Shown: positions 1 to 14,145, counted from the stretch's first letter. The stretch is DNA of 64,000 nucleotides from Octopus bimaculoides (GCF_001194135.2 NC_068993.1:63600492-63664491), one strand, 5' to 3'. A program made the numbers and translations. The notes: generated by a model not told the origin, from the sequence alone.

Positions 1-19
1 CACCACCACCACCACCACC

Positions 20-81
<62 letters not shown>
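1..81. repeat. Compound (CAC)n-(TAC)n microsatellite
   Basis: Seen directly at the window start. Confidence 0.95.
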
Positions 82-82
<1 letters not shown>

Positions 83-589
83 GTGATAATTTCATACTCT
101 TGAAATTACATTGGCCCAAGGTTAGAAATTTTGCTGGCAGAGAAGAGTCATTGGCATCAACCCACATACATCACTGGTACTTAATGTGGCTTTACTTTTG
201 ATGAATCTAGCATCTAGAAACAGCACATTTAATGTCATTCCCTGAACTGGATATGGATTGTAGTCAACCTCAGCAGGACTTGTGTAAAGTTGTGGCTCTT
301 ACATTCTGGGTTCAAGTCTTGCTGAGGTAGACTAGAAATATATGAAACAGTCTAGCAGTCCACCATTTGTCATTACAAAAGATTCTGCAATTGACATTAC
401 AAATAGTAAAAACCTTGGTATTTCAAGAATTCCAAGAGCAGTTTTGTAGTACCGATACCATTGCCAATGGGAATTCTTCTTTATGCAGATAATATTTAAT
501 AGATGCTCACCACAAGATGAACCTATGGACTCATCCTGCACCTCTCAACTTAACTCTCTCTTTCTCTCTGTCTCTCTTTTGCTCACTCT

Positions 590-1527
590 CTTTTTTCCTT
601 CAGTGTTGTCTAATGACTCGAGAACCTGGTAGTCAGTTGGTGCAAGGTCTGGTGAATGACAGGGTACTTCCAAGGTCAGTTCCTGTAACTTGAATAGTGT
701 TCTTTGTGCAACATGTGGTCAAGCACTGTCTTGCAAGAGACTTGGCCTGTCTCTGTTGACCAATCTCGGTTGTTTAATTGCAAGTTCATTCCACATTTCA
801 CCAAACTGGTTGATGAATACGTCCACTGTAATTGACTTACCAAGTCACATGAAGCTGTAGTGGATGACACCGGCGCTGGATTACCAAACAGACACCATTA
901 GCTTTATTTGGTGAATATTCTTTTCTGGATTGTGTCTTGGCACTTCGTCTCTATCCAACCGCTATGTAGAACACTTGCTATTATTGATTCAAGACGACAT
1001 GTCATTTGATGCTCATTCAGTTCGTGTGGTGTCCACTTGTCCAGCTTCTTTACCTTGCTGATTTGTTTCAGATGGTCCAATACTGTTGGAATCGAAACAT
1101 CAAAACCTTGCTGCTAACCCACGCATAGTTTGAGATGTATTCACTTCCACTACAATTTCCAGCTCATCATTATCAACCTTGGTCTCTGGTCTACCATGAG
1201 GCTGATCTTCAAGAGTTAAGTCACCAGACCAGAACTTCTCTAACCATCGACGTACAGTGCGCTCATTCACCACATCTTCACCAAACACCTCATTGATGTT
1301 TCGAGCTGTCTGGAACGCATTGGTTCCACGACAGAACTCAATCATAAACAACATAAATTTTTGATCTATCGGTGAGTTCACAACAAACCTCACAACATAA
1401 TCAGACACCATGAATTGCATTTCGAAAACTGATAGTGTAGCTCTTTAATGTTGTAAAACATTGAAGTTAACGACTGTCAAACTTGGTGCATAAGAAAATC
1501 AGACATTTCGTTTTTAATGACCTAATA
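590..1527 (-). mobile_element. Degenerate mariner (Tc1/mariner) transposon, 3'-truncated
   Basis: ORF 1100..1420 gives a mariner HTH (TARNINEVFGEDVVNERTVRRW). Downstream broken frames contain SPDLAPTDY. The 5' end reads TA-TTAGGTCATTAAAAACG, like a mariner TIR. Stops and frameshifts present. Confidence 0.85.
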
Positions 1528-1565
1528 CACACAAACACACGCACACGCACACATGTGTGTGTGTA

Positions 1566-1670
<105 letters not shown>

Positions 1671-2620
1671 NNNNNNNNNNNNNNNNNNNNNNNNNNNNNN
1701 NNNNNNNNNNNNNNNNNNNNNNNNNNNNNNNNNNNNNNNNNNNNNNNNNNNNNNNNNNNNNNNNNNNNNNNNNNNNNNNNNNNNNNNNNNNNNNNNNNNN
1801 NNNNNNNNNNNNNNNNNNNNNNNNNNNNNNNNNNNNNNNNNNNNNNNNNNNNNNNNNNNNNNNNNNNNNNNNNNNNNNNNNNNNNNNNNNNNNNNNNNNN
1901 NNNNNNNNNNNNNNNNNNNNNNNNNNNNNNNNNNNNNNNNNNNNNNNNNNNNNNNNNNNNNNNNNNNNNNNNNNNNNNNNNNNNNNNNNNNNNNNNNNNN
2001 NNNNNNNNNNNNNNNNNNNNNNNNNNNNNNNNNNNNNNNNNNNNNNNNNNNNNNNNNNNNNNNNNNNNNNNNNNNNNNNNNNNNNNNNNNNNNNNNNNNN
2101 NNNNNNNNNNNNNNNNNNNNNNNNNNNNNNNNNNNNNNNNNNNNATAGATATATATATATATATATATAGATATATATATATATATATATATATCTGTGT
2201 GTGTGTGTGTATTTTTCACCAGAAACAGGACGTTTTAAGCATAAGGTATCGTGTGGAAATGGGGTGGTGGTATAGAAGAAGAGACACAGAGAGGATGAGA
2301 GAAAGAGAGAGAGGGGAGAGTGAGGGAGTGAGAGAGGTGTGTGTGTGTCAAAACAGGAATGGAAAAGAAAACGAATGGAGAAAATAAAAAAAATAAAAAT
2401 AAAAACCCAAAACAACAAAACCATGAAAATGGCAGGCCTACTAAATATGAGTATTTACCATTCTCTCAATGGCTACACACCGGAAATCAAACAGATTTTT
2501 ATCATTTAGCTTCCTCCATTAATGTTCTGCAACTAACGTAAATAAACAAATATATAGAAATATATGCGTATGTCTATATGTACACATGTGTATGTAATTT
2601 ATGCATGTCAATGTGTGCGA

Positions 2621-2652
<32 letters not shown>

Positions 2653-2999
2653 ATATATATATCCCCGTCGTGATATATATATGTACTACGATGATGATGT
2701 GTATATATGTGCACCCACCCACATGCACTTATATATATGGAGATGTAGTTGTAATTATGTGTTTATGTTCATGTGTATTTGTATACATTCACTCACACAC
2801 TCTACACACTCACACACTCTACATACACACACACACACACACACACACTCTCTCTCTCTCTCTACACACACACACTTGCAATATATTTTTTTCTTTCTCT
2901 TACTGGACTGTAACCATTTGACTACATTCAAGTTTGTTATATTGTTTCTTATTTTTTATTTGCTTCTGTTTCAAGTTGTTGCAGTTTAGTTTATAAATT

Positions 3000-4050
3000 G
3001 TTGTTGTTGTTGTTGTTGATCTTCCCCAAGTGCAACCTTCCACAGTTGTCTCTTCTGACAGGAATCCATCCATTTTTTTTTCTTGAATTTCACAATTGAT
3101 GACTCTATATTTCTGATTGCAACTTCAACCCTTGAGGGCCTCCAATTATCAAATTCTTACTACAGAATGCTTTTGTTTCCGATTGGTAATTTGGTAGATG
3201 TGAAAGCTGGCAGTACCCAGCAATCTGTGAATTAAAGTTTTCTTAAATGCAAAAATCTCTTACAAGATCTTTCATACATAAACGACAATATATCTCTACC
3301 TGTTGTTTTCAAAGGTGCCAAGATACAGAGCTTTGAAATATTCCAATCCCTCAATTTCTTGAGTAAGACTGGTTCTGTTTCATCATAATTTCTGGTTCTC
3401 TTGTGATAAAGGTTCTTAAGATCCATCCTGAGAGATTCCTGTATTTAGAGTTTGGTGAAATGTCTCTAAGATGATGCATTGTTTTTACACAAATTATTCT
3501 TGTGTCTCATATAATTCCAGAGATTTGAAGAATCTTACTATTTGGTGCCAATAAATTTGTTCTGTGCCAATGCACCACTTTAGATTTGAGGAACTGAAGT
3601 TTCAATACATTAAATTTCCTATTAGTTTCATGACCTTCATCACATTTAATACATTATAGATTGTGACGGTATCTTCTGCCTTTGATATTTTTGTGCCAGT
3701 TGTGTAACTAACACTACTCATGAGATTATGTTTAAAAGTCTGGTAAGAAATAACCATGGCCCTAACGCTATGTTTCACTTAGCGGAATGTTGTGAAGATC
3801 TCAGATGCCGTTTCTCTTGCTAAGTCTTCAGGGAAGAACAATGAAAATGCTGCTTTTCCTCATTCATATATTCTGTGGTTTGTTCTGTGACAAGTGTACG
3901 CTTGCATCTAACATGCCTAGGATCAGGTGTCTTTCAGTTAGTGATTTGCAAATTGTCTTCTTTGTGTAAGCAGGATCTCTGAGATATGGTTTGTGAGGTG
4001 TAAGAGATTGTCTATCCAAAACTCCATTATCGAGTTGAGGTGAATGGATT
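3000..4050 (-). mobile_element. Decayed CR1-group LINE, 3' RT region
   Basis: Broken minus-strand frames ending ...IRNIESSIVKFKKKMDGFL..., resembling CR1-group C-termini; many stops. Confidence 0.45.
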
Positions 4051-4561
4051 TCTCATTTGGATTTAGCCACACTTTGAATTGGGGTACACATCTGAGGTAA
4101 CGGGGTATAAACACTCTCAGATGTAATTACATCCCTTGTGTGTATGTGTGTGCATGTGTGTGTGTATGCATGTGTGTGTGTGTACGTGTGCGTGTGTGTG
4201 TGCATGTGTGTATGTGTGTGCATGTGTATGTGTATGTGCGTTTGTGTGCACGTATGTGTGCATGTGTGTTTGTGTACACGTGTGTGCATGTGTGTGTGTG
4301 TGTGTGCACTTGTCTTGGCATCTCTTGCTTGTTGTATATATGTGAATCGTTGTCTTACAAGAAATGCTGTTCATTTCCAGTCTTCTATGAAAAAAATCTT
4401 CTGGCCATGGGGAAAATATTAGCTTGTCTGAAAACGGGGGAAGTTTGGCGATAGGAAGAGCGCCTAGCTGTGGAACATCCAACTCGATAAAACTCTGTCT
4501 GACCCATGCCAGCATGGGGAAATGGATGTTAAATGATGATGATGATGATACATACATACTT

Positions 4562-4598
<37 letters not shown>

Positions 4599-5779
4599 TA
4601 CATACATACACACACACATACATACACACATACATACATACATACATACATGCATTCATGCATGAATGCAGCCATACATGCAGACATTCAGACATGTCTG
4701 CTTTAGGAAAGGAACAATGAGTTCTACATTTATGCCATTCTTAAAAACAGTTTAAGTTTATGGGCATATCCACTGCATTAACGTTGCCAGAGAGGTAAGG
4801 GTCTCTGCAAGGGATAGGGGCACTGCCCCTATTTATCAGATTGAAAAAAAGCAAAGATTAAACTAAAAAAAAAAAATAAGATGGAAACGAGTTAATTGTC
4901 AGAAGAATAAATTCTAGTAAAATATTGATTTATTTTGATCTTTTAAAAAATCATAATTTTTGGAAGGGACAAAAAGGGAACAAACCCCAAGAAAATATCA
5001 GTTGTTTTTTTATTTTAATTTTATTATCAAAAAGAAACATTTTTGGAGAGGAGAATATAAAAAGTTGTGATTTTAATGAATTCGTCAAAAGTGTTATCAA
5101 CCAAAGCGAAGTGGAATTAACTTGTTTTATGATATCTGTAATGTTAGGCATCAAAAGGAAATGGTAATTAAAAGGGACTTAACCCTTATTTTTTTATTCT
5201 TGTAGTCGCTTCCCTTGAACTTATTAATATTTATTGGTACTTAATATTTCAAGAATTCAGGACGATGCCACGTTGTACCCAATTATTTTTCTCTATCTTC
5301 TTCCACATCTTTTGTGTTCCAAATTCAAGTTCAACCGAAAGAAACTTAGTGCTTTCCTTTTATCGGTTTTTGTGAAAAAAAAAATACCAAGAAACAACAT
5401 CATAGCGATTATTATTATTATTATTATTGTCTAACCCTAGGTCTACCCTTGTCAAACAAACATTTGATCAGAAGCATTCCAGCCGTGACTTCTCAATCGA
5501 GAGGTGGATAATCATAACTTTGTCATGCTGGACGGCTGCATCGAAGTTAAGACCATCCCACAAGGTTTCATTTCAAAAATAAACTTTTGTATTGTTGCTA
5601 AATATAATTTTTCTTAAAAACTTGGACAAGACGTAATAACCAGGAACATTTGCTATGAACTTACTTTCAACTGCATTTGGGGTTTATCTTCTTAATTTTT
5701 TCAGATTTCTATGTTTTAAACCCAATTGTAATTACTTTAAACGAATAATTACAAATGTAGATAAAGGAATCATGATTCC

Positions 5780-5968
5780 AAATTTTGGTAGTAATTTCAA
5801 GAGGGGGTGCTAGTTAAATACATCGACCCCAGTGTTCAACTGGTACTTATTTTGTAGACCCCAAAAAGATGAAAGCAAACTCGACCTCAGCAGAATTTGA
5901 ACACAGACAGACAAAACACTGCAAAGCATTTTGCCTGACTCGTTAGCAACTCTTCCATCTTGTCGCCT
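5780..5968 (-). mobile_element. tRNA-related SINE, family A
   Basis: Shares the TCGACCCCAGTGTTCAACTGGTACTTATTTT...GATGAAAG...TCGACCTC...GAATTTGAAC core with other copies in this window. Confidence 0.75.
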
Positions 5969-7655
5969 TAATGGAGATTAAAGATTATTAATTAAAAAAA
6001 GCAGGCTTTAATTAAGATCTAATCAAGAAAAAATGTCCCAAAAGTCCTATTTTCACAGTTTCTCTGCCTTTTGCTTACTTTTTGCAGACAGAGTTTCATA
6101 TTGCGGTTTGTTGTTGTTGCTGTTGTTGTTTATGCCCAAATTAGTGAAAGCACTGTGGCTCACAACCGAAAGGCCACGAGTTCGATCCCTGGCAGGGCAT
6201 TGTCTCCTTGAGCAAAGCACTTTATTTCATGTTGCTCCAACCCCTCAGCTGGACCAGGCATGCCATGGCTACTGATGCACAGACATGCATTGAGGCTATG
6301 ACATCTCCTGTGCTTCCTTTGGTGGTGAGCAGGTGTGGTCATGATTTGTCAGACTTGCTCTTCCACAACTTGTCTCTTTGACTGAGCTGCAGTCTTAGAT
6401 CAAACGTAGACGGAGGCAGAGTTCTTAGTACCAAGAGTATCATCAGATGCTTACAGTCCTCTGTCAGTCAGGCAACGCAGTCAGTGGACATTCCATTCTG
6501 GTGTTCTATAGAGAATTAGCGGCAACCAAGTGCAATGATGTTCTTGGGAGACTCTCAGTGTTGAAGAGAATCAACTGGCTTGTTTGTTCTGGAGGACTTT
6601 TGGATCTGAACCAAAATGCTATCAAAGTGACCCTGGGTGTACAAATATATGAAGCCCAATATACCCATCATGACAACCTGTCTGATAAGAGTACACCAGG
6701 TACATGCATCAGTGCACGACATGGTGATCTCATATCAGGATAAACAGCACAAGACCTTGCTGGTGGGGCCCAGTTAGAATTTTCATCAGATCAAGTAGCC
6801 TATGATGATGTTGATGATGATGATGATGATGATGAGCTTCCTTTTAATTTTAACCTCCTGCCTGTATTGTATTTCATAATTTTAATAAGATTTTAAGAAG
6901 GTTGTCTGCAGAAAATGTTTTCAATCCTTTTGTCTATTAATAAGACATTTAATGGTCTGTTTTGGCATGGTTTCTATGGCTGGGATGCCCTTCCTAACAT
7001 GCCAACCACTTTACAGNNNNNNNNNNNNNNNNNNNNNNNNNNNNNNNNNNNNNNNNNNNNNNNNNNNNNNNNNNNNNNNNNNNNNNNNNNNNNNNNNNNN
7101 NNNNNNNNNNNNNNNNNNNNNNNNNNNNNNNNNNNNNNNNNNNNNNNNNNNNNNNNNNNNNNNNNNNNNNNNNNNNNNNNNNNNNNNNNNNNNNNNNNNN
7201 NNNNNNNNNNNNNNNNNNNNNNNNNNNNNNNNNNNNNNNNNNNNNNNNNNNNNNNNNNNNNNNNNNNNNNNNNNNNNNNNNNNNNNNNNNNNNNNNNNNN
7301 NNNNNNNNNNNNNNNNNNNNNNNNNNNNNNNNNNNNNNNNNNNNNNNNNNNNNNNNNNNNNNNNNNNNNNNNNNNNNNNNNNNNNNNNNNNNNNNNNNNN
7401 NNNNNNNNNNNNNNNNNNNNNNNNNNNNNNNNNNNNNNNNNNNNNNNNNNNNNNNNNNNNNNNNNNNNNNNNNNNNNNNNNNNNNNNNNNNNNNNNNNNN
7501 NNNNNNNNNNNNNNNNNNNNNNNNNNNNNNNNNNNNNNNNNNNNNNNNNNNNNNNNNNNNNNNNNNNNNNNNNNNNNNNNNNNNNNNNNNNNNNNNNNNN
7601 NNNNNNNNNNNNNNNNNNNNNNNNNNNNNNNNNNNNNNNNNNNNNNNNNNNNNNN

Positions 7656-7796
7656 GGGATAAATTAAGTCTGATTGACCAGGGATAAATTAAGTCTGATT
7701 GACCAGGGATAAATTAAGTCTGATTGACCAGGGATAAATTAAGTCTGATTGACCAGGGATAAATTAAGTCTGATTGACCAGAGATAAATTAAGTCT
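7656..7796. repeat. 25-nt minisatellite, 5 perfect units plus a partial unit
   Basis: (GGGATAAATTAAGTCTGATTGACCA)x5 then GAGATAAATTAAGTCT; runs into the gap 7017-7655. Confidence 0.95.
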
Positions 7797-9334
7797 AAAG
7801 AATCTGCTGCAGCAGTGGCGGCAGCAGCAGCAGCAGCGGCAGCAACAACAACAACAACAATCTGTAGAAATATTAATGTAACAACTATTTTAATAAACCT
7901 ATTCTAATTCCTGATTATTTTTAAAATTAATTAAAATACATAATTAGTTGTTTTCTAATTAGGACAATAAAATGTTTTGATATTTCTGCAAATTTTGGTG
8001 TTAAATAAACAGCCAAAAAATTCTAGACTTTTACAAAGATTCCTATATTCAAAGATTGTTTACATTTTGCTCGTTTTAAAATCTATATTCCAAAATCAAA
8101 GAACCAATTTCTAAACTATAGATTTTCCAAATACTCCTTTCTGGATAACATTCATTCTACTGCCTTTTGCCATCCATACACTCATGAAATCTATTCTATT
8201 ATTAACAGAATTCTTTCTCTTTGATGCCAATATTGCTTTTATTTTCTTTCTAAATTCATGAATTCCTTCATTTTAGCAATTCCATATCAAATTGAATGCT
8301 CCAATAATTCTGTGAGAACTTAACCGTTTCTTTTCATGTTCCCCCCTCCTCTCTCTCTCTCTCTCTTTGCTTAACTACACCAATAATCCTCACATATTTC
8401 ACATGTCCTTGCAACATAAACGAGAAGGTCATTCTTATGCTATTGAAAGAAATAATAGCAAAGTCTTTCTCATGTTAAATAAGTCCATTACCAGATTCTG
8501 ATATTGCAGGATTTCTGCTACAAATTGATCTATCAAAATCAATAGAGCTAGCTCTATGGAATTCCAAATAACCCATTTTCAGACCTATTTTTGATGCAAT
8601 TTCTAAAGTGTTTCATCAATTACAAAATTAAAAAAAGAAAGAAACAAAAATGACATTTACTCTTCAATCCATAATTTTTCTTCTTCTAATATTGTTTTAT
8701 GGTCAAAGGTAATTAAATATTTGTCAATTTTGTATTTTTCACTATTCTGGCACCTTTAAGAAAGTTTTCTAATGCAGTAAAGATGTCGTTATTTTACTTC
8801 CTTCACTTATAACCACTGACATTAATAGGAAAGGTATGAAACCCATTGATGGATACTAGTTGTTCAAACACAGAGAAGGGGAGAGGGAGAGAGAAAGAGA
8901 GAGAGAGAGATTGGGTTGCTGTTATCTCTGTGTGAAAAGGTATTTCTTAGAGAGGCCCAATATCATATTTATTTATTTTATATCACAACTGGTGAAAAAT
9001 AGTATTGCAAGTCGCACTTTTCTAACAGACCAATTATTGGTTCACTGCTTTGGTGGCACTGAGAGTGACAAAGGAGTATTTGAGTGACTTGGTGCAGAAC
9101 AATTATGGCAAACCACTTTGGTTTTGGAGTTTCTTACTTAGACTTCATACCTACATATTACCATCATCTTCATCACCATCTTCTGAGCTTTTAAAAGAAT
9201 TTCTTCCCTGGGTGTTTTAACCCCTAACTATCCCCATGTCCCTGCCAGAAACAAATAAATCCTTCTTAATTGATCACCATGCCATCATTTTAAGCAGAGC
9301 AGGAGGTTACACGTAGACAGAAAGGCTCACTGAA

Positions 9335-9371
<37 letters not shown>

Positions 9372-9810
9372 CAAATTATCAAGAAGAAGGAGAATGAAAA
9401 TGTTTTTTACAAAGAAGTACAAAATGAAGAAAATAATATATAAAAAAAATAATATATAAAAAAATAATAAATATACCAATACATTATATTGTCTTTGAGC
9501 TTTTGAAGTTCAATGGTAGTTCATGTATATAATGGTAGGAAAAATGAGGATGCATGAGAATTGAAAGTTTTGTTAGGTTTAAAAAAAGGGTTAAAAGTTT
9601 GTGTTAAGCAGGAAATGTGGTGTCAAAACAGGAAGTGTGTGTAAGCGGAGACAAATGTTTTTAGTTGGAGGTCATTTTCCTATTATTTCATGTGCGGTTA
9701 ACACAACCCCACTATTTACTGACTTATATATATATATGTAAATATATACATACATACATATATATATATACACACACACTTATACACATATATATATATA
9801 TACATATATA

Positions 9811-9850
<40 letters not shown>

Positions 9851-10330
9851 NNNNNNNNNNNNNNNNNNNNNNNNNNNNNNNNNNNNNNNNNNNNNNNNNN
9901 NNNNNNNNNNNNNNNNNNNNNNNNNNNNNNNNNNNNNNNNNNNNNNNNNNNNNNNNNNNNNNNNNNNNNNNNNNNNNNNNNNNNNNNNNNNNNNNNNNNN
10001 NNNNNNNNNNNNNNNNNNNNNNNNNNNNNNNNNNNNNNNNNNNNNNNNNNNNNNNNNNNNNNNNNNNNNNNNNNNNNNNNNNNNNNNNNNNNNNNNNNNN
10101 NNNNNNNNNNNNNNNNNNNNNNNNNNNNNNNNNNNNNNNNNNNNNNNNNNNNNNNNNNNNNNNNNNNNNNNNNNNNNNNNNNNNNNNNNNNNNNNNNNNN
10201 NNNNNNNNNNNNNNNNNNNNNNNNNNNNNNNNNNNNNNNNNNNNNNNNNNNNNNNNNNNNNNNNNNNNNNNNNNNNNNNNNNNNNNNNNNNNNNNNNNNN
10301 NNNNNNNNNNNNNNNNNNNNNNNNNNNNNN

Positions 10331-10372
<42 letters not shown>

Positions 10373-12529
10373 CTACACAATCACACACCCACGATAATTT
10401 CTATCAAATTTTCACTTGTGTGGTATCGGCCAGTCTGAGATCAGAGGCTATGGAAGAAGACACTTACTCAATGTACCGTATAATGGAATGAAATCCAGGA
10501 ATTTGTGGTTCTAAAGTGAATGCCTTATAATGTGATGTGTAGAATGCTTGTGTAAAGCATTAGTAACGTATCAGAATTGAAATGGTTTCCTTCATAAATA
10601 TTACATTAATGAAACACTGCATCTAATGCCTCCTTGTATTTTCAGTGCAGACTTTCATAAGTTCTCTTCTTCTTATTAGGGAATGTGTGATTAGGGGAAG
10701 GCCATTCATGGCTTTACTAATGATCTTAATGCTTTTCCAAGTAGCAAAATAACCAGCATTTCAACCACACATCTCACAATATGGGAACTGGTTTATTAAC
10801 TGAAGTCAGCTTCATTTAAACCCATCGTTACTCTCTGTGGAAGACGTGCACAGGGAGACAAACAAGCACACACACAGACACACACACACACGTGCACACA
10901 CACACGCACACACTCACACACACATGCACACGCATGCATGCACACACACATACACACATGCACACACATGCATGCATGCATTCACACACACATGCATGCA
11001 CACACACACATGCGTGCACACACACATGCATGCACACGCACGCACACCACATTCCCTATGCAAGTGCAATAAATATAAGCATCTCTCAACATTTCACTGC
11101 CCCAAATATCAAGACAAAAGTATTGAAGTCATTTGGCTTGCTAAAAATAGTAGATAAATCTCCCTCAAATCACTCTTTTTAGAGTGGCAGGAGAAAAAGA
11201 CAAGCATCTTGATGCTTTCAGGCTGGAGAAGTGGTCAGAATGGTTTGAATGGATCAAAATCTGCAAAAGGGATCCAAGGTCCAGCTGATGGTTTTAATCC
11301 ATAAGAAGGATCAGCCAAAACCAGACACAACTGACTCTAAGGGTCTTCCTTAGCATTTCTGTCTTTCCCAGTTTTACTCATAAGGCTATGGGGTAGATGA
11401 TCCTTGTCCATGGGATCATCCAACAGGACTAAACCTGGAACCACATAATTGTAAAGCAAGCATTTGTGTGTGCGTGTGTGTGATGGGTGTTGTATGTACA
11501 CACACACACACTCTTACACACACACACACACACATACATGGTTGTTCCTCAGATTATGCAGTATTTCAGTTGTCACAATTTCCTCTTATTTTTCCTATCT
11601 ATCATTTAGAAACATCAAACATTGTCATTTTTTGCTTTTCTGCTTTAATTTTTCATTTTCTTTTCATTTCATTTTTGCATTCAAAAACATGAATGCAAAA
11701 GGTTTTTGTGTACAGAATACAGTGACGTGGAAAAGGCTGTCTTCAAAGGGTTTTTTTTTCTTAATAGCATCGGCTACAAAACTTATTCCAGTCTGGTACA
11801 CACACACACACACACACACAGGCACACACACACATACACAGGCACACACATGCATGCACGCACGCACACACACAATGTATTTTTGTATTGCCATTTCAAT
11901 AAATAACTGTTTAAAATTATGTTTCAGGTTTTTTATGGATAATTTCAATAAAAATATATCTCCTTTGATTTACACACTTTTAATTTGCTCACTGACTTGA
12001 AGCAATCTACCGCAATAATTGTGTGTGTGTGTGTGTGTGTGTGTGAACGAGTGTATATTAGCTGTATAATATATACTTGCTTACTTACTCCAGCTTGTCC
12101 ACTGAATTTAATGCACAAATATATAATATATTTTTATATACATACACATACAAACCAATACAAATACACACATACAAACACACAGAATTACATACAATAT
12201 TTACTAATTGGATAAATTCCTAAAAATTTTACAATAAATTAACAAAATTGGCAACTTTACTACTTTGATGCCCCAACGTTCATTTAATGGTCATTGCCAT
12301 AATATTAGTTAAGTGGATATGCAAACAAAACACTAAAAACTACTTAATTTGCCAAGAAACATCATTAGAAAGTTTCTAATGGCCTTCACAACTGAAAGTC
12401 CCTTCCATTGTCCATAAAGTAATCTATAACCCCTGGTATGTAAACTGACTGAGTTTTTGCTTGGGCCCACAATTGCAGTATTTCATATGGCCAGCATTGA
12501 AAAAAGTTTATTTCTAAACATCATGTGAT

Positions 12530-12828
12530 CAATGCCAGGACCACCTGACTGACTGCCGTATCGGTGGCATGTTAAAAATACCATCTGAATGTGGTTGATG
12601 CCAGTGCCCCTTGACTGACTCCTGTGCTGGTGGTATGTGAAAAGCATCCACTACACTCTCAGAGTGGCTGGCATTAGGAAGGGCATCCGGCTGTAGAAAC
12701 TTTGCCAGATCAAATGGGAGCCTGGTTCAGCCTACTGGCTTTCCAGACCTCAGTCAAACCGTCCAACCCATGCCAGCATGGAAAACGGACGTTAATTAAA
12801 TGATAATGATGATGATGATGATGATCAC
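12530..12828 (+). mobile_element. Older RTE-family 3' tail copy
   Basis: GGCATTAGGAAGGGCATCC...CCAACCCATGCCAGCATGGAAAACGGACGTTAA(TGA)n. Related diverged copies at about 4425-4550, 29960-30090 and 34480-34660. Confidence 0.75.
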
Positions 12829-13330
12829 CACATCAAATATTTCACATAAATTGGTGACACATTCTTTGTGAATATTTTTATGAAAGACCAGCGGAGAGAG
12901 AGAGCCTGAAAGAGTTCTCCTTGGCACCACTGTCCTTGCTGGTGTTGCTGTCAGTCAACATCTATAAAACACAAACATAAAGACACACACACACACACAC
13001 ACACAGACACAGAGTCACACATAGACTTTCGTATATAAACAGCTCCGGTTGTGAGCTCTCCTTTAAAAAAAAAAGAACCAAGATTTTAATGAAGAGTAAA
13101 ATAAAATAAAATAAAATAAAATAAAATAGGGATAATTATTTTGTGAGAACGAAATGTTTAAAGACTGCATTCATTGAAAAGTTTCCAATTGAAGAAATTC
13201 GTTGTATGGAACCAGTCTGGCAACAGAAATTACCTTTGCATGTTTTCAAGTCAGCTTTGGTATCAACTTTGAAAAGGAATACAAATGTTGGGGGTCGTAA
13301 TTATGGAAAGATTAAATCTGAGGAATTTTA

Positions 13331-13830
13331 ATGGAGATGGTGTTGATTGCAAAAGTGATGAGGATGATGATGTTGATGATGATGATGATGACGACATTGC
13401 TTAATAATCATGATGATGAGAAGGAGGAGGAGGAAAAAAGAGGAGGAGAGCAAGAGGAGAAGACGAGGAAGAAGTGTTTGATGATGAAGAAGATGATGAC
13501 AGATAATGATGATGATGATGATGAAATGATAATGTTAATGATGCTCTTGATACTGACACTGCTGCTGCTGCTGCTGATGGTGATGACGATAAGGAGGAGA
13601 ATAATATAATAGCAACGATGGTTGTTGTTGTTGTTGTTGTCGTTGTTGTTGTCGTTGACAGTTTCATAAAATATCATTATTGGTATCGGATTGAAATAGA
13701 ACACCCTTAAGATCTGTGTGTGTGTGATATTTGGTAATATCATACTGCAGTGTATTATTATCAAATACAACTACTACTACAAACAACAACAACAACAACA
13801 ACAATAATAATAATAATAACAACAACAAAG
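13331..13830. repeat. Compound trinucleotide microsatellite block
   Basis: Successive (GAT)n, (GAG)n, (GAT)n, (GCT)n, (GTT)n, (TG)n, (CAA)n and (TAA)n runs. Confidence 0.9.
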
Positions 13831-14091
13831 TATAGTGCAGTGCAATAAAGCCTGGTGCATTGCTTGGAATCTTACCAATATTTTCATGCTTGAAGAGATG
13901 ACCTCAAGCCGAAAGCATGTTCCAGCATTCTATAGATTTCCATCTGAATGGACAAAATATTTGACCATGTTTTACAGGATGGCATCAAAGACAAACTTGC
14001 TTGTCTCATTGATGCCATTTGTCTCTTAAACTTTGTTTTCTAACAGGATTCTGCATCACACCATCTAGTGATGGCTCTCTCTCTCTCTCTT

Positions 14092-14145
<54 letters not shown>

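Noticed and set aside
4053-4720. HT/CV/YI-repeat ORFs here and throughout the window
   Set aside because: Translations of dinucleotide microsatellites.
6140-6240. tRNA gene (GAGTTCGATCCC B-box)
   Set aside because: No cloverleaf; a SINE head. No genuine tRNA or rRNA gene was seen in the window.
7656-7796. CRISPR-like array
   Set aside because: Units are head-to-tail with no spacers, and the context is eukaryotic.
9161-9190. Minus-strand acidic micro-exon-like segment (SEDGDEDD)
   Set aside because: Most simply a decayed (CAT)n repeat; no supporting neighbours.
13331-13609. 92-aa Met/Asp/Glu-rich ORF
   Set aside because: Made entirely of triplet microsatellites.
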